A stretch of DNA of 64,000 nucleotides from Octopus bimaculoides. Its lineage: Eukaryota. The notes beneath the pieces were generated by a model. That model did no database searches and was not told the DNA's origin. It was given only the letters and a program-made list of their open reading frames with translations. Positions 36,703 to 50,305 of this stretch are shown piece by piece (position 1 is the first letter of the stretch; each line of letters starts with the position of its first letter). The stretch lies in assembly GCF_001194135.2 (NCBI RefSeq), contig NC_068988.1:44150260-44214259 (forward strand). The letters are read 5' to 3'. The translations under genes were made by a program, and so were the position numbers.

Positions 36703-39700
36703 TTAAGATACTCATGTTTCTCCACCTATAGAACAAAATCTCATAAAGTCCTGGCAGAGTACATCTCTCTACTGGTGGCATGATACAATGCACCCATTCC
36801 ATGTTGTAAAGTACTTGGTGATAAGAAGGGCAACTAGATACAAAAATCATGAAAGAAAAAAAAATTGATATGGAGGACACACAGCCTCTACAAATTACAA
36901 GGCAATTCATGCAGAATAGCATTAACTCTAACTAAAAATGGCTAAATGGGACATTACCAAGATAAAATAGGAGATAACAGATTGGGGTTAATACTAGTTA
37001 ATATTTAACTTGAAACTATGGAAGTCACTTATTGATAGAGAAGGAGGGAAGTAAAGGCACAGAAGATGTCCTGGTAGGGGTGAAGTCCAAAGGTGGAAGG
37101 GAAGTGATAACAGATAATTGAACAACTCTGTTATGGAGATTACTAGCTAATAGAATTCGAAGTTCTGGAACTCGAGAGAATGTTCACAAGACGTCTCGAT
37201 TTTTCGTTTACGTTATTATAACTGTCTTGAGTTTTACAGTTAGAATAACCAGACTTCACACCTATCTGGAGTACCACTGTGTTTTCTTCTTCACAAGTAA
37301 ATGAGAGAAGTATATTGAACCACAGACAACACACCTAATCTGGATTATTACTCTATTATTTCTAAGTAAACAAGAAAAATATAACACTTTATAAGGCTAG
37401 CAAATATTTGATTGAATAGAGCACAGATTTTCAAAGGATTGGTTTCAACTTCAGCTCTTGACTAGAAATCTAACCATAAACTGTGTTTTATCTATTTGGT
37501 CTTTTGTGCCTTTAGGGAGTTGCTGCAAATGTCCATTTCTTACTGAGTACTGACAGATAAATAGATATCTCCCTGGACAGGGAGATATACTACATCAGGC
37601 AAAAATGATTAAAAAAAAAAGGATCTGATGAATATTTCAGACAGCTAAATGAACTGAAATGTGTAAGATTTGGTGTACTGCCCAAGATATTTTTGATGTG
37701 TATGTTCTATTCAGGACAGCTGATTAGCAGAAGGATGAAAAACACCAGAAAGATGCATTGTGGTGTTTGTTCCAACTATAAACATTCTGTATTCAAATTC
37801 TGTTGCAGCCAACTCTGTATTTGATCTTTCTGGTGTTAACAATCTTGTGATCTGCATGGTAGTCTCAATAGAGCTGGTGGCATGAAAAAAGCAACCAGTA
37901 CAGTAGCTGGCATTAGGAAGGGCATCCAGCTGCAGAAACCATTCCAAAGCAGACACTGGAGTACAATGCAGTCCTATGACCCATTGGATCATGTCAAATT
38001 GTCCAACCCGTGTCAGTATGGGACATGGACGTTAAACAATGATAATGATGAAGTTAGGTATTGGTGGTTGATTCCTTTCTCTCTTTCTCTTTCTCTCTCT
38101 CTCTCTCTCTCTCACAGAATCAGTTGTGCTACACTTTAAAAACAACATAACAAACCACTCACAGTGTTCCTTTCCTTCAAGATATCCACTTTTATTTTAT
38201 CATCAAGGCTCTGGTAGAGTTTGGCACAAGATGTTGATGTATTCCGACAGAGCCTTGACTGTCCATTGCTTTTTCCCACTAGTTAGCATTATAGGCAAGA
38301 ACCACTCCAACTAAATTGTCTTTATTTTCCAGTAAATATGGATTAGCAGGCATTATTGGAGTTATCTCCCATCATTGCTTCCTTTTTTTTTTTAAAGATT
38401 TCAAACACCTCTAGAGGGAATTTTTGTCTTTCAATTGCAAGGATATATACAGCTAATTGAAGGTTCTTCAGTTCACTACCTATATACTATTAAAAGTGAA
38501 TTTCAATCTTGCTTGCTTGCAATGTTACATAGCCAAACTGGTGCATAATGGGAAAATACTTTGAAAGTAGAGTGCCCCTGAAATGTGAATATGAATGGAA
38601 TAAAACAAGTTTTGCATAAATTGGACCATTAGTTATTGATATTCTGTGTTTTGGGGTATAAATACCCAAAACAGTGCATAATGGGAAAATACTCTAAATA
38701 TAACTACACCCTGAAAGGGAAGAAACTCTAGCCTTTCCATTAGACACATCATGACAGGCAAAATATTCTGAAGTGAAAATGACTTTAGAAATACAGTAAA
38801 TATTTCGTAAAAGGCCCATTTGTAACCTTGGCATGAAATGGTCTTTTTCCATAGGTTTCTTTTGAGTGCATTCAACATATCTCACCGCCAAAGATTTGGC
38901 TGCTATTTCTAGCAAGCCCTACCACCATGTAACAGCTATTTGTGATAAAGGACCCGAAATACCTGTTACGTGGTAGCAGGGCGTGCAAGAAATAGCAGCC
39001 AAATTTTTCCTTTTCTGGAGAAAGGAGTCATTTATGCCTGATTTCGATGTCACATTTGTTGAAAGCATGCGAAATAATATGAAAAAGAAAAAAAAAAAGA
39101 CAAAAAAAAAAACACGAAACAAAACTCTGTTGCTGAAAGACTCGGACTTCTCCAGTGACCCAACAGGTCATGGGAAGTCTAGTATCATATAAAACAGGCA
39201 TGGCTGTGTGGTTAAGCAATTTACTTTGCGTCCATCTGGTTTGAGGTTCAGTCCCACTGCATAACATCTTCATAAGTGTCTTCTATTCTAGCCCCAGGTT
39301 AAATATCCTTGTGAGTGAATTTGCTACACACAGAAACTGCATGGAAGCCCATTATGTGTATGCATGTAAGGAAACAGGTGAGGGTTGGTGAAGAAAAGTC
39401 ACCCAACCATAAAAAAAATTGCCTTAACAAATTCTAATTCATGCAAACATGGTCGTTAAATGATGATGATGATGATGATGATGTATGCATACATGTGTGT
39501 ACATGCACATCTGTGTATTTGACCTCCTACCTAATGTTTGACAACCAGTGTTGGTTTGTTTAAGTCCTGATAACTTACCAGTTCAGCAAAAAGAGTCTGA
39601 TAGAAAAGTACCTGACTTAAAAACTGAGTATTGGTGCCAATTTATTTGACTAAAGCCGTCAAGGCAATGCCCCAGCATGGCTGCATCTAATGACAAAAAT

Positions 39701-39720
39701 GAGAGAAAATATATATAGGT

Positions 39721-39796
39721 CAGTTTATGGGATTACCCTGAGTTTCCCATCCATAAAGGGTTTAGCTTTATGGCATATCGTCAGACCCCAAAACTT
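39721..39796 (-). ncRNA. Type I hammerhead ribozyme motif (PLE-associated)
   Basis: Minus strand reads AAGUUUUGGGGU-CUGACGA-UAUG CCAUAAAG CUAAACC CUUUAUGG AUGG-GAAA-CUCAGG-GUA-AUCCCAUAAACUG. Core intact; helix I 11 bp with one bulge; helix II has an 8-bp stem with an imperfect base; short helix III. Confidence 0.75.
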
Positions 39797-40290
39797 GTTG
39801 GCCCAAGACCTCTTCAAAATATGGAGGGAGAAAGCCTCACTACGAAGGTAAGCAATAGGGGATTATCTCCCTTTGCCACTAGCTGTCGACTTCTGGTTAT
39901 GCTGCCATCTTGTGGTTTCCGAAAAGCTACAAAAGTAAACAATGGGGGATTATCTCCCTTTGCCATTAGCTATCGACTTCCAGCTGTGCCACCATCTTGT
40001 AGATTCCAAAACACTAGCAGGAATTTCCTAAAATTTAAACATGGCTCGAAAATCTCCGTTCTGGAGTTAAGGATGATCCCGGGTTCAAGCGGGTCTTTTA
40101 GGATACTCGCGTGTTCAGCTATGCATAACTTACAACGCTTCATCCTGTTGATGTAGGGGCCTGGGTTTCCGAGGATTTTCCATGTGATCGAGTATAGGAT
40201 CCCATTGTCTCTTAGTTGCCAGACGTGACTGGCAAGCAATATTACATATCACCTTTCCAGGACTCTGAAGGACCTATACAAATTGAGGAA
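39721..40290 (-). mobile_element. Penelope-like retroelement (PLE) 3' fragment: C-terminus of the GIY-YIG endonuclease region plus terminal repeat sequence
   Basis: ORF track 39970..40239: LASHVWQLRDNGILYSITWKIL...RCKLCIAEH...ILNSRTEIFEPCLNFRKFLL. This matches the PLE C-terminal pattern LSxHxWxLK...WxIL...RCxLCxxE...LNxRxE...CxHxxKFLL recalled from memory. It is followed by an 87-bp tandem duplication and a hammerhead motif. Confidence 0.85.
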
Positions 40291-40587
40291 GTGGAACTGG
40301 TAAAATGCACACTACATATATTTCTTAGCAGATTGAATCTTTGATGTAATAGTAATGCAATGAGGGGTATTCAACTTATCTAATCCTCAGGCAGAGATTA
40401 CCTTAATTAATCATTAAATGAAAGTTATATTGTCACTTGAAATTTCCAAGTTAACTCACCTATGTGGTGAATTGTTCCTTATTGTACACTGTCCATTTTT
40501 TGTTCTTTATACCTGCCATGCACTGCTTGAAGCTTATAAACTTCCTACACTGAGATCCTTGGATCTTATTACCCTTGTATATATACA

Positions 40588-40618
<31 letters not shown>

Positions 40619-42319
40619 TTGTGTGCGTGCACATAGAGACACCTATACATGTATTATCTCTGAGTTGGTTTTCTTGTTAAATACCAGTTGATGAGAACTG
40701 TGGTCAACTATGATTGGTTATCTACTTAAATGTACTGCCCCAATATGACCACAGTCTAATGAATAAAAACATGAAGAAAATAGACAAAGTGTTTGTTAAA
40801 ATTTCCCTTTTTTTGTTTCTAATTCTTGTGAAGAAAGTTTCATGTCAAAACCTCTTAACAACCAATAAAAAAGACACTTCCATTGTTAAGCAGATCAGTT
40901 TACAGCTAAGCTGCAGACACATAACACTGAAAGGATGTTATAGCTTGTGGAAATTTATACAACACAGTGATAGTAGCAGTAAAATAATATTTAGTTTGAA
41001 GAGATATTTTATGTCAGACTTATCACTAAATGAGTGTGTGCAGTGATGTGTATGTGTACAAACACTCTGTTATACATTCACACACATATATATATAGATA
41101 CATTCAAACAGCAGATCGTCCAAGGAAGAGGAAGTGTGTACTCGATATATGGAGTTTATCACTTAGTTAAACAGATTCCCTGTAACTTAGTGGCTTGGTA
41201 AAAGAGACAAATAAAATAAGTAAGAAACTTTAAAAAAAAGTAAGTACTGGGGGTAAATTCATGTGACTAAAATTCTTCAAGGCGGTACCGCAGCATGGCT
41301 ACAGTCCAGTGAGTGAAACAAGTAAAAGGTAAAATATAAAAGAATTGTCTTTCTCACAAGCATAACAATTATAGATATATATATATATATTCACACACAC
41401 ACAAGAAGTGAAATGATATTTAAAAGGAACATAAAAAACAGAAAAGGAGAGAAAAAAAAAAGGAAAACATAGAGAGGGGGCAGAAATAACAGCTGGTGAT
41501 TATTTCAAGTCAGGTTTATAGAACACAGTAAAAGTTTCTTTCAGAGAACTGAAGAAATGAGTCATAGTCATTGAGGTTGAATATGTAGAAATGGAAAGAG
41601 AGAAGAAAATAAGAAAGGATAAAAAGAAAAAAGGGGTAGGAGGGAAAAAAATACACATGAAATGTTAGACTTTTGAAGTTAGTCTGACTTCCTTTTTGGT
41701 GAAATGTAATAGAGAAGATACTAAAACTCTGGAATTTACTTCAGAATGTACAATATATTTGAAAAGGTTAAATATTAACTGAAGATGTACATCAATAGCA
41801 GAATCAACTAGTTCTATATATATGTATATGTTTGTGCATGTAACTGAGATTTTCACACACACACACACACACACACATAACAAAAAATAAGCCAAGAGAA
41901 ATAACTCAGTAGCCAGTGACATGATATGAAAGTAAAGATGAATAAACATATATTAAGGACTATAAAAATTATTATACTGTAAACAAATGAAAGTAAATAG
42001 CAGTTTTTCAGTAGTTTTATGTACTTAAATAGCTAAAATGGCTCTTCTATAATCCTTTCTATTATAGGCACAAAACCTGAAATTTTGGGGGAAGTGGGCC
42101 AGTCGATTACATCATTCTCAGTACTTAACTGGTACTTATTTCATTGACTCTGGAAGGATGAAATGCAAAGTTAACCTTGGCAGAATTTGAACTCAGACAA
42201 AATGCTGCTAAGCATTCTGCCCAGTATGCTAACAATTCTGTCAGCCCACTACCTTTAGCTCTTCTGCAATGTAATTGCTTAAGTTCAAACACACAACCTC
42301 AGATTAGGTCATTTGCCAA

Positions 42320-42354
<35 letters not shown>

Positions 42355-42357
<3 letters not shown>

Positions 42358-42710
42358 ATCATCATCATCATCCTCGTCATGTTTAACGTCTGCTTTCCAT
42401 GCTGGCATGGGTTGGACGATTTGACTGAGGACTGGCGAACCAGATGGCTGCACCAGGCTCCAATCTGATCTGGCAGAGTTTCTACAGCTGGATGACTTCC
42501 TAACACCAATCACTCTGAGAGTATAGTGGGTGCTTTTACGTGCCACTGGCACAAAGGCCAGTCAGGTGGTACTGGCAACGGCCACGCTCAAATGGTGTTT
42601 TTTACATGCCACCTGCACAGAAGCCAGTCCAGCGGCACTGGCAACTACCTCGCTCGAATGTCTTTTCACGTGCTGCCAGCACAAGTGCTAGTAAGGCGAC
42701 GTTGGTAACG
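42355..42710 (-). mobile_element. Well-preserved copy of the RTE 3' UTR-type repeat with internal ~60-bp tandem units
   Basis: Near reverse complement of 1-187, extended by TTTTACGTGCCAC-containing tandem units. Confidence 0.75.
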
Positions 42711-44669
42711 GTAGGCAATGCTCACTTACTTTATTAATGTTAGAAAGATAAAAGGTAAAATCAAGTTCTTCAGGAATTCAAAATATAAAGGGGTCTTAAC
42801 CACCAAATGCTGAATTTTTGTCCTTACCTGATGGTCTATGAATTCTACCCTCCACATCTCATAAATGTACCTGCATCTCATGATCTATCTAGTTTCTGAT
42901 TAATTTTTCTTTTTCGCCTGACACCAAATGTTTTCTACTGTTTTAATTTTATTGCCATATTTCTATGTTTAAAATCTCTTCAGTTGTACTTTTAGTTATT
43001 GGAATAAAGACACTTTATTTCACGTTGCTTCAGTTCACTCAACTGTAGAAATGAGTTGTGACATCACTGGTGCGAAACTGTATCAGCCTTTGCCTTTCCC
43101 TTGGATAACATCAGTGGTGTGGAGAGGGAAGGCTAGTATGCATGGATGACAACTGGTCTTTCATAAAACAACCTTGCTTGGACTTGTGCCTGGAGAGGCA
43201 CTTTCTAGGTGCAATGCCATGGTCATTCATGACTGAAGGGGGTCTTTACCTTCTTTTTTATTTTATTAGAACTCAAGGCATGGGTGTTCTTAGAGTAATT
43301 CCTGCCAGAATATTTGCGCAAATTATGCTAACTCTACTTTCAGTCTTTCAAATTTATTTTTCCTTGTCTTACAAACAATAATCCTAAATGCCGAGACTCC
43401 TTGTAGTCGTTTGGATGATTTGAGAAGGAATTTTAAAGATTTGATACTAACACAAAATAGTTTAATCTATAGTATATGAAGAACCTGTGTGTAGCCACAG
43501 AAACATGCATTATTGCCTATAAACTATTTGGTATTGATCACTTGTATTGATGGCCTACAAATCTACATATCAAACAAGCTATATGTGTGAACTACTATTT
43601 GAAATCTATATCTAAAGGTTTTGCACAGCTAGTTTTATCCTGGTAATTTTCAATGGCTAAATAGTAAATGATAATAACTAATAATTTAGAATTTGGCTTA
43701 GTGCATCACTTATGATGAAAATTGTCATACACTGTAACCCTTTATAAATTTCATTATAAGAAATTACAAGAATTTGGCAAATGAAAATGAATTAAAACCT
43801 TCTGTTTATAATTAGGGCGATGTGAATAAGAAAATAAATATCTCTTAATAGTGACACCCTATCTAGAAATGACCCTTGTCTTTTTTTCTATTGATTTTCT
43901 AAATAAGTGGTGTGAGAACTGGATTGTAGTTTCCAGTTCATGATGACATGTAGCTTTGTGTTTGTCTCCAATGAATAGCACCTTGGACAACTGTCTTTTA
44001 CAATGAATAGGTTGATTAATGCATAGAATTTGGCAGACAGAAAGCCTTTGTGTGTGTGAGAGACAGAGAGAGACAGAGAGAGAGACAAACAGAGAAAGAG
44101 AAAGAGAGAGTGAGTGAGTGAATGAAAATATATATTTTGACAGTGTATATTGCTGAGAGATTTAAACTTTACAATAATTTGCTTTTTCACTCTCACCATC
44201 AGAAATACAGGGACCCAGTGATTGGCCCACTGGAAACCTGTAACCAATAACGCTTATTGTTTACTAACTGTGATAGAAAAACGGAGAAGAGCATGGCCAA
44301 TTCAAATGACTACCTACACTTGTCTAGAACATATCTGATGTCATATAAAATTGAAACCACAAAGTTGACCTCAGAACGTAAAAGATTACAAGAAATCACA
44401 AGCAATTAGTCTACCGGTTCCTAGTGAACTATATGTACTCAAATTGTCGAATAGCTACACTGTATTCATAAGGGACTAAAAGGACTGGTGACAGGAAGGG
44501 CTATAAAACACTGCCTAAGAAAAAACATCCAACCCAAGCCTGAATCAAAACACAGACATAAAATGCTGCAGAAGATGATTCCTCTTTTCTAATGATTTTT
44601 TTCTCTAGTCCAAAAGCAAATTAATCTCGTCTAAAGGGCATTTATAAAATAATTTGCTTAATTGCAAAC

Positions 44670-44880
44670 ATTTTAGTACACTCAGAATTGCTGAAGCATG
44701 GAATAAAATACCTGCATCATTTCTTACCTGCCGGGACACTACATCCTTCGAAACTTCCATGCTTCCTGAAATTTGCCAACAATACACCTGATGCCCACCA
44801 TCCACCATTTTTTTTAAAGACTTATTCACAGTTCACTTCCTGTGCATATTCTATGTACTGTTCATGCAGATCTTCTTTAA
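44670..44880 (+). mobile_element. CR1-clade LINE 3' fragment (same family as 3975-4375)
   Basis: TLRIAEAWNKIPASFLTCRDTTSFETSMLPEICQQYT*; nucleotide similarity to 4095-4300. Confidence 0.7.
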
Positions 44881-47404
44881 ATCATATGTTCGTATCTTGA
44901 TAAAAGAAGGACACACTGGACAATGCAGTCCTAAATACATTATATATTAGATGAGTCCAGCTGAAACGCCTCTGATCATAGGTCTGCTCAAGTGAAACTA
45001 ACCAAGGGCTTAACAAAAACAACACTACCCTCACCACAAAGTCTCTACATGATTACATGACCTGCTAGAAATAGATACCAAAAAGCCACCATCCACCACA
45101 TGCATGTATGCAATGTAATACATCAGATTCATAACTTTGAGGTATTTAGTTACGCCTCACAACATTCTGAATTCAAATCCCTTGAGAAAGAGGTGAGAAA
45201 GGCAGAAAATAAGTACTGGGGTATGGGATGGGGTAGGGGTCAATTAGATGACCCTCGGGTCAACATTAGAAATAGCAACCATAACTACTATTTTTAGGAC
45301 TGCCAAGCATAGTGGATCCTCCTAACTCTTTGAAATGCCAGTGTTTTAATGGTGGCAGCTGATGAAGGATATGTTCTCTATGTGGCCTGCTTGTTTTTTG
45401 TACCTTGTTTATCATTTTGTCTATGTTTATTTGCAACGTCATGTACCCAGATATGTATCTATATGCACATGTAGATGAAGGTATGTACATACATGTATAT
45501 ATATATGCATATACTCATATATTGTATATATATATATATATATATTTTTACATGCATACATCTAACTAACCAACCAAAATTATTGTCAAAATTATAACTT
45601 AAACTAATACAATCCTTTAGGAAGTAATTTAACTGAAAACCTGAAAGTATGAACAGCTCTTCCTTTCTTTCCTGAGATGCTCACCCGCTGTAATTTGTTA
45701 ATTAAAAGGAATGTTGTCTGCGAGTCAATGAAAGGACTTCTGCAAGTCATTCAGAGGAAGAAAGATAACATACACATGACCCTTGTATGGCTTATGCAAG
45801 GGATAGGAGGAAGTCATCTACACAGAGGAGACTTGGCCGAAATGCATACAACAAAGTGAACTCTGCTAAAGACACACATAAACAATATTGCTATTAAACT
45901 TGAAGACATGTTCAGTTTACCATTGTAATATCAATATTAAAAAATAAATGAAAAATTCTCAAATGAGAGAAATGAAAAGCGTGGTGGTTGTGAGAGGAAG
46001 TAAAGTACTTCATTACTGATCATAAGATTATGAGTTCAAACCATGCAATAATCACCGAGTTATACTCTGACAAAGTAAAAGCTAATTATAATTATATAAT
46101 TTTGATGACTAAGGAAATTTTTTTTCTCCACGAATAACAACTGAACAAAATTATGGGAATGACACACAAAAATGCAATTTCTGAGATCAGCAACAAAATG
46201 ACAGATATTTATAGGAAGGAAGAACCAAAATCGAGAAAAAATTTGGATCTTAAAAGATCAAAAAAGATATAATAGAGTGAAATGAAAAGAAAGACCATCC
46301 TTAACCAAGCCAAGTAGTTGTAGAGGGATATAATTAGAGCTTACAGAGGAGTGGAGGTTCATATAATAAACTCTGGCTGGATGAGGTGTCTTCTTGAATG
46401 ACAGAAAAATAAGCAGATATAGCAGAGAGGCGAAGGGAACAAATGGCTCCATTATGGGCCTCAAAGCCTGAATACTTTATAGTAATATCACTGATGTTTG
46501 GAACTACTATTCAACAGTGGTATAATGTCAGAACTTTCTGAAACAGTTATATTCTTCAATCAAGAACTGATAAAGAGGAGAATTTATAATTTAAGGAGTA
46601 TGGGGTTTATTAACCCAAAAGAATGAGGAATAAATAAAATACATAAATAAATAGCTAAAATTATATAACTAAACTATTTAGCATTCACATTACTCTGTCA
46701 AATGTAATGCTTATTTATTCACATCATTTTGAATTAATCATACATTGTCTTGTAGCTTTGAGATGTTATTTTCTTTCATTTTTAAAATGGCATTGTAAGA
46801 TAAGTATGAGAAGTCAGATCTGGCCAGTTTGAACATAAAACAGGTAGAATATTTTGGCCAGATATGGCTGGTTTAAAAACTAAGAGTTTAAGAAATACTT
46901 CCATCTCAATACATCCTAGCATTCTCTCAAGCTCTTCATATTCTGAGTTCAAATCCATCTAAGGCCAATTTTACCTTTCATCCAACTGGACTGAATTGAT
47001 TAACCCTTCATAATTGGTAGCTTTGTGCCTAAATCAGAAACTACCAAAGGCTGCGTGTACCAACAAAAAGATAGACTATAGTATTAAATATGTTCCTTGC
47101 TATTCAAGTTCAAATTCCTCTTGAATCCCTCTGCAGTTGGAGAAAATACATATCAACAATGTGTGTGTATATATATATATATTTATGTGGACACATATAT
47201 ATATATGTACACATATATGCATATATATCAATACACACGTACATATATATATCAATACACACGCACATATATATATGTAACGATCATGAATTAAAAAGTC
47301 AGAAAGTAAACATGCACTGTTATTGACTATATATATTGGTGAATAATTACTAATTCCTAATTTTTATATATTATTCCACACCAATATATATATATATATG
47401 TGTG

Positions 47405-47454
<50 letters not shown>

Positions 47455-47814
47455 TACACACACACACAAACAAAGCCAAGTATTGCTAATCCATCAGAAA
47501 AGTAGGTTTTAATAAACAGGAAATTAACAAAACCAAATGACCAAGCCCTCAATAAATAAAAAAATAAATGAATAAATAAATTAGGAAAAGACCGAAAAAG
47601 AAACAGTAAAACCAAAATACAAGCTGAATTATTCTGTAATGAAGTGTCTTTACTGTAAATGCTATATTGAGTCTAGTGAAGAATTAGTCATGTATTTCAA
47701 TTGAAACATAATTGGAATGAACCATGATAAATTGTCTTCTTTATTTAAGCAAAACAGTAAATAGTTGGGAAAGAGGTAGTAGTAGCTGCTAGATAAATGA
47801 ATGAATGAATTGAT

Positions 47815-47858
47815 AGCTAGACAGATAGATGAATAGATAGACAGACAAATGAAAAGAC

Positions 47859-47927
<69 letters not shown>

Positions 47928-48150
47928 TAGATAGACAGATACAGGAATAAATAGACAGACAGATAGATAGACAGACAAAAGAATAGAAACAGACAGAGGA
48001 ATAGATAGATGGGTAGAAGAATAGATAGGGAGACAAAGAATAGCTAGACAGAAAGATGGATAGATAAATGGATAGAAGAATAGATAGTGTGCAGACAAAT
48101 AGATGAATGGACAGGCAGACCACACACACACACACACACACACACACATG
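47815..48150. repeat. Compound GATA/GACA/GA/CA microsatellite
   Basis: Read directly; a similar longer tract lies at 57650-58560. Confidence 0.9.
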
Positions 48151-48349
48151 CAGAGCTGCAGAAACTAAACTGACAAAATAGCAACAAATATTTTGATTTA
48201 CAGAAAAGGGAGATAAACATCACATGTAGTTACAAATGAAATTCTTATTTTCAAAATACTATATAATTAGATAGTTGAAATGATTGGTTAGATATATCAT
48301 GCAGAAGATATCTATATTCTAATAAAAAATATATATTAAGGAACATTTA

Positions 48350-48527
48350 CCATATTTACATGTATGGCATTCATGTGTAAGTCAGACCCCTAATTTATTG
48401 TTAAATCTTAGTAAAAACATTTTCCCCTTCACAGTTTTAGCTTCACCCCTTGTATAAGTCACAACCCAGATTTTTTTTTAGCTAAGTCAAATATAAAATA
48501 GTGTGACTTACACATGAATAAATATGG
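48350..48527. mobile_element. Tc1/mariner-pogo-like MITE
   Basis: TA|CCATATTTA...TAAATATGG termini plus subterminal inverted repeat ATTCATGTGTAAGTCA / TGACTTACACATGAAT; a possible decayed relative lies at about 8790-9225. Confidence 0.55.
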
Positions 48528-48829
48528 TTAAAAAATGGGATCTTGGTAGGTAGTAACTGAATATAAAGCAACAGTGAAAGATGGGATGGCCTTTTAACAA
48601 TGTTTTAATTCTAAAACCCAGTCTCTGGTGAAAATATTCTTTCAAATTTTGGCACAAGGTTAGGAATTTTGAAGGGAAGGGGGTGGGGTCAACCAGTTAT
48701 ACCAACTGGTTCTTTAGTTTAACAATTCTGAAGTACAAAAGGCAAAATTAACCTTGGTAGGATTTGAATGCAAAATGTAAGGAGTCAGAACAAATTTTGT
48801 TCAATGCTTTAATTGGGAGGATCATCATC

Positions 48830-49570
48830 CTCATCATTCAGCATCCATTTTCCATGCTGGCATGGGTTAGACGGATTGATTGGGTAAGCTAGAGGGCTGC
48901 ACCAGGCTCAAGTCTGTTTTGGCTTGGAGTCTACGCCTGGATTGCTGCCTAACGCTAACCACTACACAGAGTGTACTGGGTGTCCCTTACATGTCACAGG
49001 CATGGGTGCCTTTTATGTGTCACTGGCACAGGTGCCTTTTTATGTGTCACTGGCAGGCTTCAATATAGTCTAATCTTCTCTCATTCTAGTCTTACATCAT
49101 CATCTCTGTAAAATCCAGCATCCATAGATTGGCTCTTACTGCTCATGTCTCCTACAGTTGTCCCCTTCAGTTTCCTTCTTCTTGCATCATTTGACACTTT
49201 TTCATTCAACTATCATTTCTTCTTTTGCATCACATCCTCCTATTGTGCACTACTTCAAATACCAGGTTTCCTCTCACCACCATTAAGCTGCATCATTTTA
49301 TGCTGACATTACACATCCAGCAAAGATTGCTTCCACATTTTTATCAGCCTTTGTGCATTCTTCACATTCAGTGCCCATTTCTCACTACATAACATTACAA
49401 CAGTGAATTTTGTACCCAAGTCTTATAGTCTGCTTTTCCTTCATAGAGACAGCCCCTTTGTTACCAACAAAAACGATAGTCTCCTTGAAATTTTTCCACC
49501 CCCATTTTTATTCTGGCTACTGTACATCTGCAACACCAAACTCAACAGCTGATTAGGTCAATCAAGGTAA
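48830..49570 (-). mobile_element. Degenerate RTE-clade LINE 3' fragment (end of ORF plus 3' UTR with GAT tail)
   Basis: Minus-strand translation with stops/frameshifts gives VARIKMG/WKNF.../LSFLLVTKGLSL*RKSRL*D, resembling the RTE WxKFRELLPLLxTKGLSLRVKGRLY motif. It is contiguous with the abundant 3' UTR repeat at 48830-49060. Confidence 0.75.
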
Positions 49571-50305
49571 CAGAAGTTAACTAGTTATAACCATAATTAA
49601 TTAGGCAGGGTTCTTATTGCTAACTATTTCTGTGCATCTAAATATGAAATCCTTTTCTGTCAGTCTGCTTGATACCCTAATGCACATTTTGTGTACTAAT
49701 TGTTTTGTACTGAGTGTTCAGATACATGATTTAGTGTATGATATCTGCATACTGAGCATAGCCACTTCCGTGATGATAATTATATTTTGTTCCCCTTCTT
49801 ACTAACAACCATCTCTGTTAAATTGATCTTCAGGCTTCTAGATATTCCTTTAATTTTTTAACTATTTCAACTCTGAGAACTAGGTCAACTGCATAGAGAA
49901 ATTCTGACAGTCAGCCAATTATTAAATTCAAAGAATAAACAACTCTACTACTACATGCATCAAATGCATCAAACTCTTCTCTACTACATGCATCAAATGC
50001 TTATTCTTCTATTTTTCTCATTGAAATGTCTTTGTCTTTAACCCTTTCGTTACTGTGTTTATTTTGAGATGCTCCATGTTTCTTTCAATTATTTTAATCA
50101 TAAAGAATTTAGTAAAATAACTTGGTTATCATTAAGCTAGTGTTAGGAACATAAATTATGACTAAGGTTTGGTGGAAGAATTTAATTCAAAACTTATGAA
50201 AATAAGACATTTGAACTACAGAGCTAGGGGCAGTTTCAGCTAGGTTGGTATCAAAAGATGTGTTTAAGTTTTCAGACTGTGGCTGTGCTGGGGCACCACA
50301 CTTAA

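Noticed and set aside
40460-40560. Strong minus-strand donor AG|GTGAGT as a possible first exon
   Set aside because: No ATG-initiated frame in the required phase 2, and no RAFAxKL-like peptide
44948-44975. AGATGAGTCCAGCTGAAACG, hammerhead-like
   Set aside because: It lacks C3-U4 of the core, and it is a mutated stretch of repeat family E whose other copies do not have the motif
45685-45865. Possible exon bounded by TCTTTAG and CGG|GTGAGC
   Set aside because: Stop codon in the phase-2 frame, no homology; cannot be supported without RNA data
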